DNA from: Utricularia gibba
Lineage: Eukaryota > Plantae > Magnoliophyta
Assembly: GCA_002189035.1 (NCBI GenBank)
Contig: NEEC01000027.1
Span: 1-64,000 of the forward strand
Direction: 5' to 3'
Length of the DNA: 64,000 nt
Shown here: piece by piece, positions 24,686 to 34,105 of the stretch
Layout of the letters: every line of letters begins with the position of its first letter
Numbering within the stretch: the stretch's first letter is position 1
Made by a program: the position numbers and the translations under genes
The notes under the pieces: generated by a model
The model's database searches: none
The model's input: only the letters and a program-made list of their open reading frames with translations
Told to the model about the DNA's origin: nothing

Positions 24686-27600
24686 TTATGCGTAGTACAT
24701 GTACAAGCTGTTTGCAGCAGCACAGGCTATTGAGTTCTCTGAGGGATGCCAGGCCAAATGGAGCAGCTTTGCCGTAAAATCAAAAGAGTTCCCATTGGCA
24801 TCAACCCCTGAAGTTTCTGTACCTATAGAGCATATGCTCGTCACTCTTTAAGGAAGCCGATGACTAAGTATAGAATAGAAATTGAGGGAAACGAAACAGC
24901 ATATAGTGCACCTCTTCGAACCACACGAGTGATGCTGCTGCCCAGGGATCGAGAAGGCCTTGATGGTGTCTGCATTTGCCTCCTGTAAAGGTTACCAGCC
25001 CGTTTTTTAGTGTTGAGCAATAAAAGAATGGTGTTTACTGCATCAAAAAACTTTGCATGGAAAAGGTACCTCTGGGGATTCTTGCTTGCTTCCAGCGTGC
25101 TTGTCTCAGCACTTCCAGGAGTACAACCAAAAACCCGGAACAGATTGCTGAGAACATACAAATGTTCTTTCAGCAGCCCATTATAGGAAAGACGGAAAGG
25201 AACAATGAAAAAATACAAATAACCTGTAAGAACCAGTTGCCACTCGAAGACCATCACCGCTCAGGCAGCATTCAAATTTATCAAAAATGGAATCATTCTC
25301 GTACAAATCACAAAGCTGGATATTGTCACATTACAACATAGCTGGTTTCAAAAAACCTTCTAAGACAACCAGGCCTCAAAATAACTACGAAATACTGTTA
25401 TCATCACCTTTGGTCTTAAATACTCATGAACCTGGAAGGTTGCCACTGGACCAGCATCCATATTAATATCCCACAACTGAATCCAGAAAAAAAAAAAGAA
25501 ATAGCGAACAATCAATGAACATAAACACTTCAGTGAAAAAAAGGTCCAAAGTTGCACAAAGCTTGGAGTTACAACTTCAAAGAAACTAAAAGACGTCCAA
25601 AAAGTTTCATATCTTCTAATCATAACTACCGCTGTCACATAAGGAATAGTCGATCACTGGTCCAGCTTAGTTTATCAACTTACCCGATAAAGCAAACAAT
25701 ACACAGGGAAAATAACTAAAAAATTAGAACCTTGAGCGTCATGTAATCACGGCTTAGTATGTGTCTGCCATCCTTTGAAAACTTAATATCTGATACTGAA
25801 GCAATTATCTCTGTAAAAAATGACCTTGAGCCAGGTGCTTCATGCTCCTCAAATCTATTTCAAAGAAATCACTTGTCACTATTTGATTTACTGGAAGAAC
25901 ACTACACAATTCACAGGTCGCATTTTTTATAAGGAGCTCACAATTTGGAATGTGAATCACACAGTGCAGATTGTCTCAGATCAATGAGACGGATAGATCC
26001 TTTTGAGCTACTGTAAGCTAATGTGTTGCATTGAGTGGGATGAAACTCCGCTGATGTTATGACCTCTGCAATATAATAACATTGTCAATTTCCTGTACGA
26101 AATACAAAAATTTCCAGAAACTTCAATGATGCATAGCCTCTATCATAAGAGATAACACACTAAAAATCATAATGAGATAAAAGGGATCATATAAAACTCA
26201 GGTTCCAGATAACTCTACACCTTGCATTTCACCAAACACACGCAATGGCAGAATTGATTAAGATGCTCGATATTCCTTAAGAGTAATCCGAGGGGGAAAA
26301 CATAACGACATGAAATGATTGATAACAAAAAGAAGAGAAAAGGCATTAAAGCAGCAACGGCTCAAGTAAACCTGTGAGATCCTCCATATTTGCTGGCTTC
26401 ACATCAACAATATTGAAACTCTGATTGCTTATTTCCAAATTCCAGAGGTTTATCCGCAGGTCATCAGCAGATATGAATGTTTCACCATCACTGTTAAGCA
26501 CCATTCATAAACTAGTCAATTCAATGAGCATAGCAAACTAAGGAAATGATGAGTGCCCACATGAATTCTAGGAAAACTTCAGATTAAAAGCAAATATAAA
26601 ACCGGAATTAAAATTCCATTAAAAAAATCAAAAACCACATCCAGAGAACTACGGTTAGATTTCCAACTTTACTACGCCTGCTTCCAGGCTGTTCTCTGTA
26701 TCAAGAAGCCAAACTATGCAGCAGACTTCACAGAGTACATTGTAAGACAGTGAGAATCAGCACACTGGAAATAATCCTTGTCAAAATCTGATTTTAGAAC
26801 AATGAACATGGGCATAAACTCTCGCACATGCTCCTAATCTAGAAACATAGCATAACAGACATAAAAGGCATAAACCAGTTGAACCATAACAAAATTTGAA
26901 AAAGAAGGCTCCTGACCTGTTACTTGAGATGGAATTGATGTGGTAATCATGAGCATGGGCATAAACTCTCCTACATCTTGCAACAAGACTGGTTTCGCAG
27001 CTGGTGACCTAGAAAATTCACAATTAAGTGTATCGGGAAAGCTGTGAGTAGAAGCTGAAATGTTGGCCAATTCCAAACAGTAAGACATAAATAAGGTTGA
27101 GATATAACTATGCATGACCAAGCTCCTGTTATTGCTGCTGAGCTTTTTACTGAAGCTCAAATGAAAAGATACACGTTGCAATAGAAGAAATAAGGAAACA
27201 AAAGAAAAGAAAATGGTGTGAATTGATTGCTACAGAACTTCAGCTTCAGCAAGTACAATTACCACTGGCAACCGTAGAGAGGGGATGCCCCCAGGAGGGA
27301 AAGCCAATTGATTGCTCAAAGAATTGTAAGATTGGCTGTAGCAGATGCCATTTGAGAGGCCTGGCCTAGAGCTGGATGGCATACTAGAATTTCCTACGTT
27401 ACCATTTCCAGCAATTTTAGTTGAGTCAATATTCATTTCAGATACTTTCTTAACCTTCTTCTCCTGAACCTGCTTAGAGCAAAAGAATTATATCTATAGG
27501 GAAGACAAAGATAAACTGAATGAAATTAAAAATATGGGTGATTACCGCTATACTATTAACACAAAATAAAGCACATTTTGCTTCGCATAAAAAAGTAGCA

Positions 27601-29096
27601 TGTAAATTCTGCGAGGGAGCAGTTCCATGTCTCTTTACTCACATATAGATATGTTTTCAATCATTGTCAAGTAATGAAATTACATATCATACCTTCCAAT
27701 ACTTTATGGTTTTGTCATTAGTGGACAGCAGAAAAAGTGCACCATTGGCTGCCTGACACCACTGGATCTTGTTGATTTTCTCCTCTATCTCTAGACTTTT
27801 AAGATAATCAAACTGAAAAAATGTGAATACACAGACAACATTATTCAAACATCATCTCTAGAATCTTTGAAGCGAAGGAAAGGAAACAAAAGAAAAAGAG
27901 AACGCCTTGAGGCAACTTCTAGCTGAAATTAAAAAAAAAAATGGAAAAATTAACACAGTAGAAAGAATAGACGATCTGTAATTTGAGAAAAAGACCTCAG
28001 GTTCGTGGCTCTGAAATTCTGTTTTGTAACGAAATTCCGGATGGCGGTTGACAGGGTAATCTACTTGCTCTAAATCTCTTCGTGATCTGCCGGACTGCAG
28101 ATTTATTTCAAAAAGAAATAAAAAATTGACTGCATCAGCATAAAATCAAATCATTTTAGCTTAAAGGACACAAACCTCTTTTACATCAGTCCTTTCAAAT
28201 AATACAACCCTCCCACCACGGTCACCAGTTGCCAGATGATCACCACATTTATCAAACTCAATTGCAGAGATGATATCAACTGGGCATTGCAGAAAGAAGG
28301 CAGATATCAAAATCATTTTCGAGTGTTCAAAATGAAAAAAAAATATTTAAGAAAACTTAGATATTAACAGGACAGGGATACGGGTAGAACACAACAGCAT
28401 CATGATTATGCCTTCACGCAACTCGCTTGGTTTCACATTGAAGGTTGCATCTCGCACAGGCCTCATAATCAAAACAGTATCCCAAGCTACACTAGAGTTA
28501 TACATGCAACAGATTTATGATGGCAAAGTTGCTTCAATAAACATTCCAAATGCAGGCTCACAAACACCAACCTTACAGCATCTGATCCGGAGAAACATAG
28601 GCAGCACAAGTAAAACGATGAATTGAGAAATATAAGCAAAAGAGCACGCATAAAAAATCGATAGCTTTATTCCCAATAATAAACCGAAAAAAAGAATGAG
28701 GGGGTTGTCTCAGAAGGAGCGAAAAAGAAAAAAAAAAAAAAAACTGGCATTGAACCATTTCACGCAGACCACACTAGAAGGCACAATTTTGGATCGATAA
28801 CCCCGGCATGCAGATCGCGTAGTCAAATGCTCAATCAAGCATCACCAAAACATCACTTAATCAAGAAATGATTATTCAGGAACAGATCAAAATTCACTAA
28901 AAGACAAACCCTAATCACGAGATCCATCTCCCAAAAGAACAAATCATTTCCTAATTCCTTAGTTCGCGATATTACCTTCTTGTACTTCCTCTCCAGCCGT
29001 TCGCTCGCCAAAGACCTGAGAAAATTTCCATTCTAGAGGTGAAGGTGGCTCCGCCACAGTTGTTGCCACCTCTGCGCCAGCGGAAACGCCGTTCAT
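24686..29096 (-). CDS. Protein phosphatase 2A 55-kDa regulatory subunit B (B55/PR55), multi-exon
   Basis: [82 protein letters not shown] and [26 protein letters not shown]. Introns are GT-AG. Telo-box AAACCCTAA in intron 1. Confidence 0.96.
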
Positions 29097-31170
29097 CCTT
29101 TTGGACGATCGAGAAAATCACCGAAAATTATCGAAGCAACAGCAGAAAACAAAGGGCAGCAGAGGAAACTGATTTTGCCCCTTCCACTCAACACTGTAAT
29201 TGCTACACTCGTTCAGAACCGAGAATCGATACAAGATTAAGACAGCATCCCGACGACGATTTCGTTTTTAAACACCTTTGGAGTGAGAGCGGATACAGAG
29301 AAAGAAGGATTAGCAGGAAAAGGGCAAGAGGATTCAGATTTTCTCGCTCTATCTATAGATACACCAATCTGTACGTATAGGAGAAAAGATTTCCAGTTTT
29401 CAGTTCCTTTTCACCCTCCGTCTCCTTTCATTTATTTTGCGTCGGACATATTTTTGTAATTCGCGATACAGTAAGGTTTAATGATTAACATATTTTTCGG
29501 AACAGCTTCATACTAAGTCTCCAATCCTTGGCAAAAAAATGTTGGGGTGTATTTGAGGCAGGGTGGAAGGACTCTAGATCGAATACCACATCAATTGCGG
29601 ATAGAGTAAAAAATCCAATTATGTAAATTTTACACTGCTTTTTTCTACATTAGACTAACTTCTTGGGTAAAAATCTAAAATTGGATGTGTGTTCATCTGA
29701 AATTGATGAACGACTTTCTAAAAAGATAGATCAAATATGTGAATAACATAACATCGTAAAAATTGAATGTTCATTGTAATGTAGATGTGCCAAGTATACC
29801 TATCAACGGCTTTATAACCAAAAAATATGTACAACAATACTTGATGACCGTATGTAAACAGCTTGAATGAGGAACAGGCATGGTAAATTGTAATCTAGGA
29901 AGGAGCCAAGGAAGGGTTTGAGATTAGAAACCAAATCCATCGTTTCGGGATCCAACTACAAACTAGGCTCCTTTAACGTAAGGAAAACATAGACCAAGAT
30001 CTCAGTCTCCGACAACAGCAATGATCACCACTCGCAAGCAGACCAAGATTCTGAAACCCCATGAGCATGCGAGTTTCACAAACACATATGACCATGATAT
30101 GACACCGTCTTAGGTCGGCAGCTATTTAACTCATCTAGAAGGTAGCTCGCCCTCCAATTTGCCTACTAGATGTGATGGTCATATTCAAAACGGCTGAAAA
30201 CCCCCGAATATTCGAACAGGATCTCCCCCTCAGTTGCTCCCTGCTGGCACAAGGAAGGCAGCAAAGACCTCTTTGGGTTGGAAGAACATTAAACATAGAT
30301 GAAAGGCCACCAACGCTGGAATCATCCTTCAGCCGCAAAGCGAGAGTAGGAGGAGGCCCCGTGTGCATGTTAGAGTCGGTCAATCCTTTCTTTATAAGAA
30401 TTGGCGTTTTACTTTATTTTATTGGGAATGATTAAAAAGTGTTTATCAAAGGTGGCATAATAAATTCAGATACCCCAGAAGATAGGCTATTTATTGTCTA
30501 AAAAAATACCAAGAGAGACCCACCAGTTTTGCTGCGCCAATTGCTTGACAAAGTGTACTTGCATCATTCAGCTTCCGGGACGTCGATGTTCTCCTGGATG
30601 CTAATCGCTAACGGTCCTTGTTTTTTGTTTGTAATCCATCCAATTGGAATTTCAAGTTCCACAATGTATCTTGCTACATGTCATCATACACCTACCTGTT
30701 CTCAAAAAAAAAAAACAAAAAAAAAACCTCTCAGATTTCTTATAAACTCCGACTTGGATAGCCCCACTCACACGATCATCCGCCTTCAAAGAACTGAAGT
30801 GGTCGGGGGTTGCGAGTTCCTTCCTTCCCTAGCCCTTGAGCCCCGACCACATGCAGATATCATGATATCGCAGCGCAAGTAACACCACCAACAAACGGTA
30901 GTGCAGTGAAGCATCAGGGGCGATCTGCGAGTGCCTGCCTGTTTTGTTTGCTAGATGGCAAGCAAACGGCATACATGGCTTATAGTCTCTCCAAATGATT
31001 TGCCACTAAGTGATAAGGCTTAATCTCGATGCAGAAAAATCAGCATGTTTATAACGAACTAGACGACAAAGCGGACAGACCATAGCAGAATTGGAACTAG
31101 TCGGGCATGTATCCAAACCACACACCTATAAGAAATGGTACTACCACCAATACGCGAGCTTGCAGAAGGA

Positions 31171-31704
31171 TCAGCCGCGGGATTTGAGATCATCAGAAGT
31201 GCAGAAAGGTCATCCTCGTCTACCTTCTCACTATTCTGGGCGGTTACGGTGTGTGCAGCAGGTTACAGCAGACCAACAGTAACCTCGAGACCAACCACCT
31301 GCTTCATGAGCCATTAGCCACCTGCTTCATGAGACTATTGACCAACCTTCCGACGCGGAAAGCGATGTGCTTCCAGCCATAGAGCTCTCTCCATGAAGCC
31401 GGCTCGAACCTCCATCTTCACGAACTGCTTTTCGAACTGATCCATGGTTTCCGACATCTTTTGCAGATTTCCGGTGGCCAGGATTCAAGCGTGTTGACGA
31501 TAGTTAATTTGCACGTTCCCCTTACGGATTGCGTTCTCGGCCTAGATCCGTGCGCCATCCATGTTTCCTTTCTCGATCGCCTTCTTGACCTTCAATTTCT
31601 CGGCCTTCTCCTCCCTTTTCGGACTTACTCGCCCGCAGCTGCAACCTTTTTGCTGCGGATTTCAACTCCATTATCTGTTTCATAAGTCTCTCAGCGCTCC
31701 CCAT
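31171..31704 (-). pseudogene. VPS46: ESCRT-III CHMP1/VPS46 (DID2) pseudogene
   Basis: [77 protein letters not shown] and EKVDEDDLS..LKSRG*. In-frame stops at 31543-31541 and 31265-31263, several frameshifts and an internal deletion. Confidence 0.9.
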
Positions 31705-32216
31705 GGCGAACTTCCAACAATTGGAACGAATTCGCGAGCGTCGCCGTCGCGTAGATAGAAGAATGGGATTTGTGAGTTCTGACCCTGACTTGAATTGCCG
31801 ATGCCCTACTTAATTTTCGTTTCCCTGGTTACGCGTGCTTTAGAGGCAACCCCAGGAGAGACGACGCTGATATCACAATGAACAATCTGGGCCTGTGCTT
31901 GCATACTCAAATACAGCCCAAAATCCAAAACGCCGCCACTCTCCTGCAAGCTTGATTCATCATCTTCTGTAAACGCTGACTGTATCACTACTTGGATAAG
32001 TTTTTCATGCTGAGTTTTGGTTACTGCTCTCCATGTGTCATGCCGTTTTTGAGTTCGATCTTCGATTTAGGTATCCTTTACAAGATTGTGTGAGATGTTG
32101 AGGCATGTTCACTCAGGCAAAGCCAAGGATTGAAATGAAAACCCCGTTAAAGAAAGAATGTCACAATATACATAGATAGACAGGTAAGTATCATGGCAAC
32201 TACTACACCCAGCAAT

Positions 32217-32507
32217 TCATTCGCCAACTTGTTTGCCTAGGAAACTTGAAGGGGTTGAAGCTATCTCCATGGAATTTGACCGCCTGGAGCTGCCAAGACG
32301 TTGGCTCACCTGGCGACCATAGGCGACCACTGCTTTAGCCCATCTCCTGATATCTTCCTTGAGCTTACGTGAATCCAAATGCTTGAGGGATTTCGTGGAT
32401 GGATCAATGGATATCTCCATGAAGGGGAAGCATCCGTTCATAGGTTTCCTTTTTGTACCTTCCTTGTAGGAAGAGATCATGGGTCTGGGTGTAGAACCTT
32501 GATCCAT
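32217..32507 (-). CDS. Small plant protein (96 aa) of unknown function
   Basis: ATG ORF containing LKHLDSRKLKEDIRRWAKAVVAYGRQVS, a motif I recognise from uncharacterised angiosperm small proteins. Confidence 0.7.
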   Translation of the reverse strand: MDQGSTPRPMISSYKEGTKRKPMNGCFPFMEISIDPSTKSLKHLDSRKLKEDIRRWAKAVVAYGRQVSQRLGSSRRSNSMEIASTPSSFLGKQVGE

Positions 32508-33194
32508 TTGACCAAACTTGAAGGATGATGATGATGATGGTATTCTCCTGAGCGGGTTTTAGAGATTTAGTTAAGAATATATGCTGAGAGTACGATTTTA
32601 CGTGGGAAAGGATGTTATCATGAAGTCAATATTGTTGACCCCGACTCGTCCAAACACAGGGATAAGCCCGAGCGAGTGGTTTCTAACACATTTTTATTCA
32701 GATCATTTACAATTCAACAAAGTCAGTTGAGTGTTCAATTGGTACCATTTGAAAATGATGTAAAGTCAGCCCGTGTGCTTTGGATCCCCAAGACTCCCAA
32801 CGCGGCAGAAAATCACAGAGATAAGAGGGTGGGTACATGGAGACAGGAAGGAAACTTCCCGGAAGAAGATTTGACCACGTGTAATCTCAAGTGCAACGAC
32901 TTTTCTACCTGAAACAAAAAGGTACTTTCATTCAACTTGTTTTACAGATATTCATTCATAATTTGCAACGCCAACACACAACTGAACGCCAAACCAATGC
33001 TACCTCAAGGAACCGGGAGCGACGCAGGGCAAAAAGCCAGTAGTGTTGACGATGCATAATCCAGGAGAAAAAAACTAGAACCAAATTAACTTCCAGACGT
33101 AAGGGGGTGCATTCATAGCAAACAAAAACTGTCTCAAATGAGGGAGCTCCAAAACATAGAGAGCGACAGAGTTGATTCTAAAGTAAAGAACAAG

Positions 33195-33873
33195 TGACGT
33201 CTATTCGCCGTCTTCTTCACGCCAGACTTGGAGACCCATTAGCCTCTGTTGCAGCACCTAGCCTTGCAAGAGGTGCCCTTCTTCAGGTGAGGCCTATAAT
33301 GGTTGTCTGCTACCTGCGGAGTCATCATTTAAGTGGTTAACCTGAGAACATCAGGGTTTGAAAAAAACAATGAGCCATAAGGCCACTCAGCACAAACGCT
33401 ATCAAATTGAACTTGATATGTGACGTTTACTAGGTTGGACACAATTTGATATGAGAGCGTCTACTAGGTTGGACACAATTTGATACAAGTATGATATGAG
33501 AGCGTCTACTAGGTTGGACACAACCTTTGCCATACTCTGAAACTCTGATTTGTGAAAAAAAACTAGGAGCATATACCGATCCTGGGAAAACAATCTATAT
33601 AAATAGGCAATAGCATGCAGGTATAGAAAGCTAGGTCGAATACCTGGTGGTCCTAAAATACTACTCATCATTCAGGGTAAATCGTAGAGTGGAAATCAAA
33701 CCCGAAAGGAAGAACCAACCATAGTATTTTTTAGGAATGTAAGTTGTATAGATTGTTGGGCTCCTTGCTGAACTTGTCACTTCACGCTAGCAGCTCCATT
33801 CCCAAACTCTTTAACCAGAAAGGAATTTTTCTTCTTCACGATCTCCCAGATCAGTTGCCCCCCTAACAGTTGC
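33195..33873 (-). pseudogene. RPL28: Intron-bearing 60S ribosomal protein L28 (eL28) pseudogene
   Basis: Across frames: ATV.GQLIWEIVKK, NSFLVKEFGNG, KFSKEPNNLYNLHS, FHKS..EFQSMAKVVSN, VADNHYRPHLKK, LARLGA and KSGVKK..NR. No ATG, stops, indels and a large deletion. Intron remnants with acceptor CAG at 33316-33314. Confidence 0.88.
33414..33523. repeat. Three ~33-34 bp tandem units inside the RPL28 pseudogene
   Basis: TGATATG(TGA/AGAG)CGT(T/C)TACTAGGTTGGACACAA at 33414-33446, 33447-33480 and 33492-33523, with an 11-bp partial unit between the last two. Confidence 0.9.
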
Positions 33874-34024
33874 CTACTTTATCAGACACACACACATAAA
33901 TCACAGGCAAACACAACCAAGAAAGGAATCAAGTACACGAAGATGACGCTCTACTGCATTACGGGAAGGCAAAACCCCAGTCGTGTTAATGACGAGCAGC
34001 CCACTCCCTTGATCTAGTGAACAA

Positions 34025-34066
34025 TGGGCTTATTTATTGGGCCTGAGTCTTAGGCCACTTATAAAA
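34025..34066. promoter_or_regulatory. Site II pair plus TATA-like box in the short divergent RPL28-pseudogene/RadA interval
   Basis: TGGGCT 34025-34030, TGGGCC 34038-34043, TATAAAA 34060-34066. Confidence 0.55.
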
Positions 34067-34105
34067 TGTCTGTTCATCGTTCACTTAACCGGTGGCTCAA
34101 CTGCA

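Noticed and set aside
30794-30869. 10-13 bp stem with a 32-nt loop and an adjacent 14-bp palindrome GATATCATGATATC
   Set aside because: Too short for a plant pre-miRNA and no known mature sequence; about four perfect 14-bp palindromes are expected by chance in 64 kb.
33414-33523. CRISPR-like interpretation of the ~34-bp repeats
   Set aside because: Eukaryotic context, units are adjacent without unique spacers, no cas genes, and the unit derives from RPL28.
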